NCBI GenBank assembly: GCA_030583605.1
Contig: CP129466.1
Coordinates: forward strand, 3,289,028 to 3,353,027
Reading direction: 5' to 3'
Length of the DNA: 64,000 bases
Source of the DNA: Gammaproteobacteria bacterium
GTDB taxonomy: Bacteria; Pseudomonadota; Gammaproteobacteria; Steroidobacterales; GCA-2729495
Part shown: positions 1 through 9,721 of the stretch, piece after piece
Position numbering within the stretch: the first letter of the stretch is position 1
Layout of the letters: each line of letters opens with the position of its first letter
Position numbers and translations under genes: made by a program
Notes under the pieces: generated by a model
Databases searched by the model: none
The model's input: only the letters and a program-made list of their open reading frames with translations
Told to the model about the DNA's origin: nothing

Positions 1-620
1 GCACCGGCCGCCTCGCAGGCACGCGCGAGGCCGAGTGCGAAGTTCAGCGGGTGCAGGTGCATGGCACCGCCGTCGAGCAGGCCACCGAAGAAGGCGCGGC
101 TGCCGAGCATCGCGGGCAGCTCCCCGGCGGGAATGAAGCGGGCATCGTGGTAGCCGTAGTCGCGCGCGAGCTTCTCCGCCCGGGCGCGCAGCGCAGTGGT
201 GTCGCCCGGCTTCGCGGCGGCGATCAACTGGCCTGCCCGCAGATCGCAGTCGATGCCGTGGCGCGCAATCCGCTCGCGGACGCTGTCCTTCGCCTCCGTG
301 GACAGATCCCACAGGCGCCGCGCCTGCTCGCGGCCGAAGCGTGCCTCCAGCTCAGCCTCGTCCTGGCGCAGGCCGCTGCCAATCTGCCCGCCGTTGCGCC
401 CGGCCGCCCCCCAGCCGATGCGTTGCGCCTCGAGCAGCACCACCTTGTAGCCGCGCTCGACCAGATGCAGCGCCGCCGAGAGCCCCGTATAGCCGCCACC
501 GATGACGCACACATCGGCATGGACGCGCCCGCGCAGCCTGGGCCGCCGTATCAGCCCGACGGCGGACGCGGCGTAGTACGAGTCCGGGTAACCGTTTTGC
601 ACGGGCGGGCACAGCACCAT
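1..620 (-). CDS. FAD-dependent oxidoreductase, gamma-glutamylputrescine oxidase (PuuB/OrdL)-like; 3' end runs off the window
   Basis: Reverse-strand reading from ATG at 620-618 gives MVLCPPVQNGYPDSYYAASAV...DVCVIGGGYTGLSAALHLVERGYKVVLLEAQRIGWGAAGRNGGQ. This has a GxGxxG Rossmann fold and the SYYAAS N-terminus typical of PuuB/OrdL. Absent from the ORF track because there is no stop inside the window. Confidence 0.8.
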   Translation of the reverse strand, partial: MVLCPPVQNGYPDSYYAASAVGLIRRPRLRGRVHADVCVIGGGYTGLSAALHLVERGYKVVLLEAQRIGWGAAGRNGGQIGSGLRQDEAELEARFGREQARRLWDLSTEAKDSVRERIARHGIDCDLRAGQLIAAAKPGDTTALRARAEKLARDYGYHDARFIPAGELPAMLGSRAFFGGLLDGGAMHLHPLNFALGLARACEAAG

Positions 621-668
621 GTCGCACGAAGGTGCGTTCCAGTATGACCGAAACCGCCCTGCCCGATT

Positions 669-1856
669 TCACCCCTGCCGCAGCGGCCGGCGGAAGAACC
701 AGGCGGCCATGGCGGCGCAACCGCCCGCGCCCAGTGCGAGCGGCCAGGCCGGGTCCGCGCCATAGAGCGTCGTGGCGAGCACCGGCCCGATCAACATGCC
801 GAGCACCGGGGCCGTGGCAAGCAGGCCGGCTACGGCACCCTGCTCGCCCGGCGTCACGCTCAGCGTTGCCGCCGCATTCAACCCCGAACTCAGGCTGCTG
901 TAGCCGAGCCCGATCAGCGCATAAGCGAAGTAGAGTTCGTGCACGCTGCGCGCCGCGAGCAGCACCAGCAGCGACAGCGCGAGCACCACGAAACCCGCCC
1001 GCAGCAGCGCGACCGGGGCCGGCCGGAAGCGCTGCAGGATGCCGGCCTGCACGACGACCATCACCACGCCCATGACCAGCAGCGCGACGCTGGTCGCGCG
1101 CGTGACCGGCTCCCGCCCGGACAAGCCGAAGCCATCCTCTAGGTAGAACACCGTGATGGTCTGCACGCCGGTGAGGACCAGCACCCCCAGGCACCAGGCA
1201 GCCAGGTAGGGAAACACCCGACGGTCGGTCGGCGCCATGCGGGCGCGAGTGCTCGTCGCGGCGTGCCGGGCAGGCTCGCGCAATGCCAGGCTCGCGACTG
1301 CGGCTACCGCGGCGGAGAGCCCGGCAGCCACGTACATCGGCAGGACCGCGCCGATCGCCGACAAGGTACCGCCCGCGATGGGCCCGAGGATCGTGCCCAC
1401 CCCGCCCGCGACGCCGATCAGCGCCATGCCCCGCGTGCGCTCCTGCGCGGCCGTGATGTCGGCCACATAGGCCGTTGCCGCCGGTTGCGTGGCCGCCGCC
1501 AGCAGACCGTAACCGAGGCGGGCGGCGAGCAGCAGCGCGAAGAGCGAGCCGGGCGCGATCCAGCCGGCGAGACCGGCCTGCAGCGCCAGGGCGAGCAGCA
1601 GGAACCCCAGTGCGTAGCCGGCGAGACCGATGATGAATACCGGCCGGCGCCCGATGTCCTGGCTGCGCCGGCCCCAGTACGGCGAGGCGAAACCGAGCGT
1701 GACATTCGCCGCGGCAATCAGCACGCCGTACTGCAGCTCCGACAGGCCGAGCTGGCGCACCAGCGGCCCGAACACGACGAACAGCAGCGCCATGCCGATC
1801 CGGTCGCTCACCATCCCCGCGACCAGGATGGCCCTGTCGCGAGTGCCGGCAGTCAC
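669..1856 (-). CDS. MFS transporter
   Basis: 395 aa, about 12 hydrophobic spans. MFS motif A in the TM2-TM3 loop (WGRRSQDIGRRPVF). The start overlaps the upstream esterase stop by 4 nt. Confidence 0.85.
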   Translation of the reverse strand: MTAGTRDRAILVAGMVSDRIGMALLFVVFGPLVRQLGLSELQYGVLIAAANVTLGFASPYWGRRSQDIGRRPVFIIGLAGYALGFLLLALALQAGLAGWIAPGSLFALLLAARLGYGLLAAATQPAATAYVADITAAQERTRGMALIGVAGGVGTILGPIAGGTLSAIGAVLPMYVAAGLSAAVAAVASLALREPARHAATSTRARMAPTDRRVFPYLAAWCLGVLVLTGVQTITVFYLEDGFGLSGREPVTRATSVALLVMGVVMVVVQAGILQRFRPAPVALLRAGFVVLALSLLVLLAARSVHELYFAYALIGLGYSSLSSGLNAAATLSVTPGEQGAVAGLLATAPVLGMLIGPVLATTLYGADPAWPLALGAGGCAAMAAWFFRRPLRQG

Positions 1857-3583
1857 TGGCCGGACTGCTTGACCTTGCTGTCGTAGGCCGCCCGGCGCAG
1901 CATCGCCCGCTGCTCGAGGTAATCGAGCGTGTCCTTGTACAGGCCCGGCTGCGGCCCGATGCGCTCGCCGAACACCATGGCGAGATCCTCCGCCGCGTCG
2001 TAGGCAGGCCAGTGCGGCAGTCCCGGTCCGTTCGGGTCACCGTTCCTCGCGAAGTTGATCCAGTACTGGCGCAGCCGGTCACCCCAGGCGAAGTCCGCCG
2101 CACTCAGCTCGGGTGACTTCGGCAGGTTGAGCTCCGGGCGCGCGCGCAGCACCCCGAAGATGAACGGAACTTCGATGCCGTGGCCGGCACCCGGCACTTC
2201 GCCCCGCATGCTCTCCTGCACGTAGGTGACGTGGTAGAGCCAGGTCGGAGCGCCGCGGCGGCTCATCTGTCGCGCGAGGTAGCGGGTCGAGGTCAGGAAC
2301 AGCCCCTCGGCGAACCAGCGTTGCGAAACGCCGATGCGGGTCCACTGGTCGTCGAAAACGGCGAGATCCTCCGCGGACAGCCCGTCGAGCATGGCGCCCG
2401 CCATGAACCACTTGCCGATCAGCGGAATGCCCGCAATCTGGTCCCACTCCCAGCTGTTCGCGCCGCCGATGTAGGGCACGTCGTGTTGTGCGCCACGCTC
2501 GAATATCCGCACGATATCGTCGGGCACGACCCGGCCATCGACGACCGGGTTGAAGCTGATGAGCTGCTGCTCCTGGTACTCGATGATCTGCTCCGGCGTC
2601 AGCGCGCGCAGACCGCGGGCCACCGCGCCGTCGTCGCCCGCGACGCCGAAGTGCTCCGCGAACGCGACACCGACCTCGTTCCACGACTGTTCGTGCGGGC
2701 CGGTCGGGCCGGGGCTCGACACGCGCCGGCTGCCGTCGAGCGTGATCGCGCTGCCTTGCGCGATGGCGCGCTGGAACAGGCCCTTCGAGGCCGGCGTGAC
2801 CATGAGCACGTTGACCGACACCCCGCCGGCGGAGTGGCCGAAGATCGTCACCCGCTGCGCATCGCCACCGAAGGCCGCGATGTTGTCGCGGACCCACTCC
2901 AGCGCGGCGATCTGGTCCATCACACCGTAGTTGGCCTGCGGCTCCTGCGGCTGGGTGCGCGTGAGCGCCGGATGGGCGAAGCGGCCGAGAAACCCGATGC
3001 GGTAGTTGACCGTGACGATGACCAGCCCGGCGCGCGCGAGTACGCTGCCGTCGTGCTCCGGAAACGAGCCGGAGCCGTACTTCATGTTGCCGCCGTGGAA
3101 ATACACCATCACCGGCCAGCGCGTGTCCGCCACCGGTGCCGGCGCCCAGATGTTCAGCGTCAGGCAGTCCTCGTTCATGCCGACCGTTCGGATATGTTCG
3201 TCGGCCCACGGCGGGTACTTGCCGACCGCCTGCGGGCAGACCGCGCCAAAGCGGTCGGCAGGCCGCACGCCCGTCCAGTGCTCGTGCGGCGCCGGCGGAC
3301 GCCAGCGGCGCTCGCCGGTCGGTGGTGCTGCAAAGGGAATGCCGCGAAAGACCCGCAACCCGTCCGCTTCCACGCCCGCTACCGCGCCCGCCGTGGTCTG
3401 CACGACCGGGGCAGCAAGCGCGCTGGCCCCGAGCATCCAACAGGCGACGAGCAGCAGCGCACGCGGGACTGCGGTGCGGCCCCCCCGGGGATGAGTGCCG
3501 GCCCGGGGTCGCCGTGCACGGGAAACCAGAGGTATCCGCATTGTATTTCGCATGGCTGACGCCTTCCCTCTCATGCTCTGCAC
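1853..3583 (-). CDS. type-B carboxylesterase/lipase, secreted (start uncertain; Met at 3541 also possible)
   Basis: Oxyanion HGG (VYFHGGNM) and nucleophile elbow GHSAGG (TIFGHSAGGVSV). Hydrophobic signal-like segment ALLLVACWMLGASALAAP. Confidence 0.85.
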   Translation of the reverse strand: MQSMRGKASAMRNTMRIPLVSRARRPRAGTHPRGGRTAVPRALLLVACWMLGASALAAPVVQTTAGAVAGVEADGLRVFRGIPFAAPPTGERRWRPPAPHEHWTGVRPADRFGAVCPQAVGKYPPWADEHIRTVGMNEDCLTLNIWAPAPVADTRWPVMVYFHGGNMKYGSGSFPEHDGSVLARAGLVIVTVNYRIGFLGRFAHPALTRTQPQEPQANYGVMDQIAALEWVRDNIAAFGGDAQRVTIFGHSAGGVSVNVLMVTPASKGLFQRAIAQGSAITLDGSRRVSSPGPTGPHEQSWNEVGVAFAEHFGVAGDDGAVARGLRALTPEQIIEYQEQQLISFNPVVDGRVVPDDIVRIFERGAQHDVPYIGGANSWEWDQIAGIPLIGKWFMAGAMLDGLSAEDLAVFDDQWTRIGVSQRWFAEGLFLTSTRYLARQMSRRGAPTWLYHVTYVQESMRGEVPGAGHGIEVPFIFGVLRARPELNLPKSPELSAADFAWGDRLRQYWINFARNGDPNGPGLPHWPAYDAAEDLAMVFGERIGPQPGLYKDTLDYLEQRAMLRRAAYDSKVKQSGQ

Positions 3584-3790
3584 CGGCCGGTGGAGTATGC
3601 GTCATGCGCCCCGGGGCCGCAGCCCCGGGGCGGTGATCCGCGCAACCGGTTTCGCTTACACTGCGGGGCCCGCGTCGACGCACCGCCCGGATCCGATCAT
3701 GCCAGCCCCGCACTCCACGAGCGAAAGACTCACTGCTGCCGCGAAACGGGTCGCCCGGCCCCCGGCCCGCCTCGACGCGGAGTGCGGCCG

Positions 3791-4450
3791 GTGAGCGGCG
3801 CCACGACACTGGCGGTGCTCGCCTTCGGTTTCATGCTCGGGCTGCGCCACGCCACCGAGCCCGATCACGTCGTCGCGGTATCGACCATCGTCAGCGAACG
3901 GCGCTCGCTGCTGAAGGCGGCGACGGTGGGCGTCTACTGGGGTCTCGGCCATACGGCGTCGCTCCTCGTCGTCGGACTGCTCGCGATCGGGGCGGGCATC
4001 ATGGTTCCCGAGTCGATTGCCAGCAGGCTCGAACTCGGCGTCGCCGCGATGATCGTCCTGCTCGGTGCGAGCCTGCTGCGCTCCGCGCTCGCGCCGGCCG
4101 CCGCGCCCGATGACGGGCACCGCATGGCGCACTCGGGCGAGGCGCATGCGTCGCGCATCGGCTGGAAGCCGCTGATCGTCGGCATGATTCACGGGCTCGC
4201 CGGCTCCGCCGCCCTGATCGTGCTGATCCAGGCCGAACTGGCGCGCGAGGCCTCGGGCCTCCTCGGCATCGGCTTCCTGCTGCTCTTTGGCGTCGGCTCG
4301 ATCGCCGGGATGCTCGCCATGGGCACGGTGATCAGCCTGCCCTTCGTGCTCAGCGCGGGTTCCATCGCGCCGCTGCGGGCGTACCTGCAACGCCTCGCCG
4401 GGGCCGGCAGCGTGCTGTTCGGGTTGTATTACGGCTGGCAGGCCTGGTAG
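3791..4450 (+). CDS. NicO/UreH-like metal (Ni/Co-type) transporter family membrane protein
   Basis: Taken from GTG 3791; the upstream part of ORF 3590-4450 is Arg/Pro-rich and non-membrane. About 6 hydrophobic spans. LGLRHATEPDHVVAV and WGLGHTAS motifs resemble the H-x4-DH signature of this family (recalled, not searched). Confidence 0.55.
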   Translation: MSGATTLAVLAFGFMLGLRHATEPDHVVAVSTIVSERRSLLKAATVGVYWGLGHTASLLVVGLLAIGAGIMVPESIASRLELGVAAMIVLLGASLLRSALAPAAAPDDGHRMAHSGEAHASRIGWKPLIVGMIHGLAGSAALIVLIQAELAREASGLLGIGFLLLFGVGSIAGMLAMGTVISLPFVLSAGSIAPLRAYLQRLAGAGSVLFGLYYGWQAW

Positions 4451-4468
4451 CCGCCGGCCGTCCTGCGC

Positions 4469-5836
4469 TCAGCCGGCCATCGCGCGCGCGGTAATGTCGA
4501 GCGTGCGCCGCGCCTTGTCCACCAGTTCGTCGATGTGCGAGCGGGTCACCACCAGGGGTGGGGCGACGATCATCGAATCGCGCACGTGACGCATGACGAG
4601 CCCCTGCTCGACGCTCGTGTCGCGGCAGGTCTCGCCGATCGCCTTCGCGGCGGGAAACCGCGCCCGCGTCGCCTTGTCGGCCACCAGTTCGAGCGCGCCC
4701 ATCAGGCCCACGCAGCGAGCCTCGCCGACCAGCGGGTGATCGGCAAGGCTCAGCCAGCATTGCGCGAAATAAGGTGCGAGCTCCTCGTGCACCCGCTCGA
4801 CGATGCCCTCGCGACGCATCAGTTCCAGCGCGGCCACGGCCACGGCGCAGGCCACCGGGTTGCCCGAGTGCGTGAAGCCGTGATGGAACTCACCGCCCTC
4901 GTCCACCAGCGCATCGCCGACACGATCACCGACGAGCACGCCACCAAGCGGCAGGTAGCCGCTGTTCACCGCTTTCGCGAACACGATCAGGTCGGGCTCG
5001 ATGCCGTAGTACTGTGACCCGAACCACTCGCCGAGGCGGCCGAAGCCGGTGATCACCTCGTCGGCAACCAGCAGGATGCCGTACTCGTCGCAGATGCGCT
5101 GGATCTCCGGCCAGTAGCTGTCCGGCGGAATGATCACGCCGCCGGCGCCCTGCACCGGCTCGCCGATGAAGGCGGCAACCTGGTCTGCGCCGATCTCGCG
5201 GATCTTCTGCTCGAGCGCCCCGGCAACCCTGAGTCCAAACTCGTCCGGGTGCAGCCCGGCGCCGAGCTCGAACCAGTACGGCTGCTCGATGTGCGCAATG
5301 CCGGGTATCGGGAGGTCGCCCTGCGCCTGCTGCGCGGGCATGCCGCCGAGGCTCATGCCGCCGATGGTGCTGCCGTGGTAGGCGTTCCTCCGGCTGATGA
5401 CGGTCTTCCTGCCGGGCTGGCCCTGGATATCCCAGAACCGGCGCACGAGGCGGATGATGGTGTCGCTCGCCTCCGACCCGGAGTTCGTGAAGAAGACGCG
5501 GCCGAACGCGGGCGGCGCAAGCTCCGCGAGCAGTGTCGCCAGCTCGATTGCCGGCGGATGCGTGCACTGGAAGAAGCTGTTGTAGTAAGGCAGCGTTTCG
5601 AGCTGGCGCAATGCCGCCTCGATCAGCTCGCGCCGCCCGTAGCCCAGGCTGACGCACCACAACCCCGACATGCCGTCGAGTATCCGGCGCCCGTCGGCTT
5701 CGTAGATGTACACGCCTTCGCCGCGGGTGATGACCCGCGTGCCGCGCGCGCCGATCTGGTGGTGGTCGCTGAACGGATGCAGGTAGTGGCGCCGATCGAG
5801 TTCCTGCAGGTCTGCCAATGTTTCACGGTGCTTCAT
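4469..5836 (-). CDS. class-III PLP aminotransferase, putrescine/omega-amino acid--pyruvate aminotransferase (SpuC-like)
   Basis: Motifs FTNSGSEA, LLVADEVITGFGRLG and FAKAVNSGYLPLGG (Schiff-base Lys). Start set at Met 5836 (MKHRETLADLQELDRRHYLHPFSD), 45 nt downstream of the upstream gene's stop. Confidence 0.85.
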   Translation of the reverse strand: MKHRETLADLQELDRRHYLHPFSDHHQIGARGTRVITRGEGVYIYEADGRRILDGMSGLWCVSLGYGRRELIEAALRQLETLPYYNSFFQCTHPPAIELATLLAELAPPAFGRVFFTNSGSEASDTIIRLVRRFWDIQGQPGRKTVISRRNAYHGSTIGGMSLGGMPAQQAQGDLPIPGIAHIEQPYWFELGAGLHPDEFGLRVAGALEQKIREIGADQVAAFIGEPVQGAGGVIIPPDSYWPEIQRICDEYGILLVADEVITGFGRLGEWFGSQYYGIEPDLIVFAKAVNSGYLPLGGVLVGDRVGDALVDEGGEFHHGFTHSGNPVACAVAVAALELMRREGIVERVHEELAPYFAQCWLSLADHPLVGEARCVGLMGALELVADKATRARFPAAKAIGETCRDTSVEQGLVMRHVRDSMIVAPPLVVTRSHIDELVDKARRTLDITARAMAG

Positions 5837-5880
5837 GCAGTCGAGCGCCCCCAGTGTCCAGATCGCGGCTGCCGCCGCTC

Positions 5881-7221
5881 CTACACATTCAGCAGCAGGA
5901 ACTCCCGCTCCCACGGGCTGATCACCTCGAAGAACCGTTCCTGCTCCTCGCGCTTGATGGCCGCGTAGACCTGCACGAAGCGCTCGCCGAGCAGCCTGCG
6001 CAGCGGTTCGCTGCCTTCGAGCAGTTCAAGTGACTCGTTGAGCGTGCGCGGCAGGGCGAACGGCAGCCGGTAGGCGTTGCCGGTCTCCGGCGCGGAGGGC
6101 TCAAGCCGCTCCTGCATGCCGAGGTAGCCGCAGGCGAGCGAGGCTGCGATTGCGAGATAGGGATTCACATCAGAGCCCGCCACGCGGTTCTCGACACGCC
6201 GGTCCTGCGGGCCGGTTTCCGGCACCCGGAGCCCGACCGTGCGATTGTCGTAGCCCCACTGCAGGTTGATGGGCGCCGCCATGTAGCGCGTGAAGCGCCG
6301 GTAGGAATTCACGTAGGGCGCAAGCAGCAGCGCCACATGCGGCAGGTAGGTCTGCAGCCCGCCGATGAAATGGCGGAACTGCGGGCTCTCGCTGCCGTCG
6401 GGCTGGGAAAACACGTTCGCGCCATCCTCCGCCCGGACCACGCTCAGGTGCCAGTGCATGGAGCTGCCCGGTTCGTTCTGCATGGGCTTGGCCATGAACG
6501 TGGCGTAGATCTCGTGGCGCATCGCCGCCTCGCGCACGATCCGCTTGAAGACGAACGTCTGGTCGGACAGCGCCATCGCGTCGCCGTGCAGGAAGTTCAC
6601 CTCGAGCTGCGCCGTGCCCTCTTCGTGGACCAGGTTGTCGACCTCGATCTGCATCGCTTCGCAGTAGTCGTAGATGTCCTCGATGAGCGGCTCGAACTCG
6701 TCGATCGCGTCCAGGCTGTAGGGCTGGCGCACGGTCTCGGCGCGCCCGGAACGCCCGGTCGGCGGCACGAGCGGGTAGTCGGGATCCGTGTTGCGCTTGA
6801 CCAGGTAGAACTCGACCTCCGGCGCCACGACCGGGCGCAGGCCGCGCGCGGCATACAGGTCGAGGATGTTGCGCAGCACCTGCCGCGGGGCGATATCCAC
6901 GGGCGTGCCGTCCATCAGCTCGCAGTCGTGGATGACCAGCGCAGTCGGCTCGTTCGCCCATGGCACCAGGCGGATGGTCGAGAGATCCGGCTCCGCGATC
7001 ATGTCGCGGTCGGTGGGCGAGAACACCGTCTCCTCCGGGTGCTCGCCGGTGACCGTCTGGATGAAGACGGATTCGGGCAGCCGCATGCCACCTTGGGCTG
7101 CGAAGGTCTTCGCCGGCATGAACTTGCCGCGCGCGATCCCGGCCTGGTCGGGGATGATCGCCTCGACCTCGGAGATCCTGCGCTCGGTCATCCAGTCGAC
7201 GAGATCCTGTCTGTGGTTCAT
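5881..7221 (-). CDS. glutamine synthetase family protein, gamma-glutamylpolyamine synthetase (PuuA-like)
   Basis: 446 aa with GS catalytic-domain motifs (PEVEFYL, MAKPMQNEPGSSMHWHLS, GYDNRTVGLRVP). Context with PuuD-, PuuB- and SpuC-like genes. Confidence 0.85.
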   Translation of the reverse strand: MNHRQDLVDWMTERRISEVEAIIPDQAGIARGKFMPAKTFAAQGGMRLPESVFIQTVTGEHPEETVFSPTDRDMIAEPDLSTIRLVPWANEPTALVIHDCELMDGTPVDIAPRQVLRNILDLYAARGLRPVVAPEVEFYLVKRNTDPDYPLVPPTGRSGRAETVRQPYSLDAIDEFEPLIEDIYDYCEAMQIEVDNLVHEEGTAQLEVNFLHGDAMALSDQTFVFKRIVREAAMRHEIYATFMAKPMQNEPGSSMHWHLSVVRAEDGANVFSQPDGSESPQFRHFIGGLQTYLPHVALLLAPYVNSYRRFTRYMAAPINLQWGYDNRTVGLRVPETGPQDRRVENRVAGSDVNPYLAIAASLACGYLGMQERLEPSAPETGNAYRLPFALPRTLNESLELLEGSEPLRRLLGERFVQVYAAIKREEQERFFEVISPWEREFLLLNV

Positions 7222-7251
7222 ATCGTTCCGTTCACGCGCGCTGCGCGCATT

Positions 7252-8004
7252 TCATCCGGCACGGTAGCGCCGCGCGGCGTCGCCGAACGCCTGGAAGATC
7301 GTCATGGAGAGCGGGTTCTGCCGGGCCTGCCACTCCGGGTGCCATTGCACGGCCAGCGAGAACCCGGGTGCGTCGCGCACCACGAATGCCTCGATGAGCC
7401 CGTCGGGCGCGACTGCCTCCACCGCGAGCGCCCCGGCGAGGGCATCCACGCCCTGCGAGTGAACGGAATTCACCGTGGCATGCGTCTGCCCGCTGATCCG
7501 CTCGAGCAACCCGCCGGGCGTGAACGTCACCTCGTGCCGCGGCGCGTACTGCAGTTCCAGCGGGTCGTCGGGGTCCTCGCGGTGATTGCCGAAGCCCGGC
7601 AACTCATGCACCGCCTGATGCAGGGAGCCGCCAAACGCGACGTTCATCTCCTGGAAGCCGCGGCAGATCGCCATCAGTGGCAGACCCGCGCGCACTGCTG
7701 CAGGTATCAGCGCCAGCGCGGCGCGATCGCGCTCGGGGTCGTGCTTCGTGCCGGGCTTGCTCGGCGGCCCGTCGTACTGGCGCGGCTCGACGTTCGACGG
7801 GCTGCCGGTGAGCAGCAGCCCGTCGAGCCGGCCGAGCATCCCGGCGACGTCGAACGTACCGCCGAGCACGGGCACACACAGCGGATCGCCGCCGGCGCCA
7901 TCGGCAATGGCAAGCAGGTACTTCTCTCCGGTGACGTGGAACGGATGGTGACCGAGCTGGCGCCGGTCGCAGATGACGCCGATGAGCGGACGCGGGTTGC
8001 GCAT
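7252..8004 (-). CDS. gamma-glutamyl-gamma-aminobutyrate hydrolase (PuuD-like), class-I glutamine amidotransferase / peptidase C26
   Basis: Nucleophile context PLMAICRGFQEMNVAFGGSL and His context LAVQWHPEW. Start set at MRNPRPLIGVICD. Confidence 0.8.
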   Translation of the reverse strand: MRNPRPLIGVICDRRQLGHHPFHVTGEKYLLAIADGAGGDPLCVPVLGGTFDVAGMLGRLDGLLLTGSPSNVEPRQYDGPPSKPGTKHDPERDRAALALIPAAVRAGLPLMAICRGFQEMNVAFGGSLHQAVHELPGFGNHREDPDDPLELQYAPRHEVTFTPGGLLERISGQTHATVNSVHSQGVDALAGALAVEAVAPDGLIEAFVVRDAPGFSLAVQWHPEWQARQNPLSMTIFQAFGDAARRYRAG

Positions 8005-8170
8005 GGAACTACGTTGCCAGAGCGCCCGCCACCCCGCCACCACCCCCTGTCGCGCCAAAGGGATGCAGCAGGCGCCCCGCTGCTTGATGCAGTGCTTTGC
8101 GCTGGCTGCGGGATTCTGTCAGATGGCTTCCTGAAGGGGTCGGCACACGTTCGCCGGCGGGTATCGCGTC

Positions 8171-9613
8171 TCAGAAGAGCGCGCGGTTCAGCGCCAGGTG
8201 CACCTGGATGCTGGCCGCAAAACCGAGGGCGACTGCCCAGGTCCAGCGCAGGTGCCCGAAGAACGTGTAGTCGCCGCGCGCCTGCCCCATCAGGGCGACA
8301 CCGGCCGCCGAGCCGATCGATAGCAGCGAACCACCGACACCGGCGGTGAGCGTGACCAGCAACCAGTGCCCGTGCGACATGTCGGGGGACATGTTGAGAA
8401 CCGCGAACATGATCGGGATGTTGTCCACGACCGACGAGGCGACACCGACGAGAACGTTCGCCGCCAGCGGACCGAGATCGGTGTAGGTGGCCCGCGCGAG
8501 CACATGCAGGTAGCCCAGCGCGCCTAGACCGCCGACGCTGATGACCACGCCGTAGAAGAACAGCAGCGTGTCCCACTCGACCCGCTTCATGCTGACGAAG
8601 ATGTCGAAGGGTTTTTTCGCCGGCTTGAAGCCCTCCGGAGCCGGCGGACGCATGGCCTCGGACATCGGACCGTTGTAGACGCGCAGCTCGTCGCGCCGGA
8701 TCAGGTAACCCCAGGTGGTCAGCAGCCCCAGCCCCGTCATCATGCCGAGCGCCGGTGGCAGGTGCAGAAAGTTATGTCCGGCCACGGTGAGTGCGATGGT
8801 GAAGGCGAACAGGACGACGACGACGTAACCGCCCGGTTTCACCGTCGCACCGGCGCCGGTCGCGGCCGGCCTCGCGTCGGGCACCGCGAACGACATCGCG
8901 GCCGCGGGAATCAGCCAGTTCACCAGCGCAGGCACGAACAGGTCGAAGAATTCGAAGAAAGTCACGACGCCGCGCTGCCAGACCATCAGCGTCGTGATGT
9001 CGCCGAACGGGCTGAAAGCGCCGCCGGCGTTGGCCGCCACGACGATATTGATGCATCCCAGGGAGATGAACCGCGGATTGCCGGCGCCGACGGCGATCAC
9101 CACCGCGCCCATGACCAGGGCCGTGGTCAGGTTGTCGACGACCGGCGAGATCCAGAACGCCAGGGCCCCGGTGATCCAGAACAGTGCCCGCAGACGCAAG
9201 CCGCGGGCGACCAGCCAGTCCCGCAGCGCATCGAAGATCGCGCGTTCCTGCAGGGTGTTCACGAAGGTCATCGCCGAGAGCAGGAACAGCAGCAGCTCGC
9301 CATACTCTTCGATCTGGCTGCGCAGGATATCCCCCGCCCCGGCGATGCCGGCCTCGGCGTAGGCCACGCCGACCAGCATCCAGATCACCCCGGCGGCAAT
9401 CACCATCGACTTCGACTTGCGCAGGTGGGTGAACTCCTCGGCCACGACGAACGCGTAGGCGACGAGGAACACCAGCAGCGCGGCAATGGCAAATGGCGTG
9501 TGGATAAGATTGGCGGCGGCGATAGCCGGCTCCGCGCCGTCCGCCAGGGCGGCCGGTGCGAGTGCCAACCCGCCCAGCACGCCGCCTGCGCACCAGATCC
9601 AGGCCATCGACAT
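8171..9613 (-). CDS. nhaD: NhaD-type Na+/H+ antiporter (ArsB/NhaD permease superfamily)
   Basis: Polytopic membrane protein of about 480 aa from Met 9613, with N-terminal signal-like MSMAWIWCAGGVLGGLALAPAALA. Conserved blocks (SPVVDNLTTALVMG, FSPFGDITTLMVW, SSVVDNIPIMFAVL) are as I recall for NhaD. Confidence 0.7.
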   Translation of the reverse strand: MSMAWIWCAGGVLGGLALAPAALADGAEPAIAAANLIHTPFAIAALLVFLVAYAFVVAEEFTHLRKSKSMVIAAGVIWMLVGVAYAEAGIAGAGDILRSQIEEYGELLLFLLSAMTFVNTLQERAIFDALRDWLVARGLRLRALFWITGALAFWISPVVDNLTTALVMGAVVIAVGAGNPRFISLGCINIVVAANAGGAFSPFGDITTLMVWQRGVVTFFEFFDLFVPALVNWLIPAAAMSFAVPDARPAATGAGATVKPGGYVVVVLFAFTIALTVAGHNFLHLPPALGMMTGLGLLTTWGYLIRRDELRVYNGPMSEAMRPPAPEGFKPAKKPFDIFVSMKRVEWDTLLFFYGVVISVGGLGALGYLHVLARATYTDLGPLAANVLVGVASSVVDNIPIMFAVLNMSPDMSHGHWLLVTLTAGVGGSLLSIGSAAGVALMGQARGDYTFFGHLRWTWAVALGFAASIQVHLALNRALF

Positions 9614-9721
9614 TCGAACTCTCCGGGACGCCATCCGCTGCGCAGCGTACCCCAGTGCGCGGCAAGTTGCCGGCCGGGCCCGTTCCGAAGGATCATAGCG
9701 GCGGGCAGCAGGAAGCGTGCA

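Noticed and set aside
352-3809. Very long ORFs 352-2103(-) and 2079-3809(-), of 583 and 576 aa.
   Set aside because: They are Arg/Ala/Gly/Pro-rich with no motifs, and lie out of frame over the MFS and esterase genes that do have clear family signatures. This is the typical high-GC frame artefact.
6337-8349. 670-aa ORF on the plus strand.
   Set aside because: It runs antisense across two well-supported minus-strand genes (PuuA-like and PuuD-like) and an intergenic gap. Its composition is low-complexity R/A/H/V. No motif recognised.
8762-9721. N-terminal 320 codons of ORF 8762-10153(+).
   Set aside because: Antisense to nhaD and extremely Arg/Asp/Gly/His-rich. Only the last 143 codons (from ATG 9722) encode a coherent 4-TM protein.
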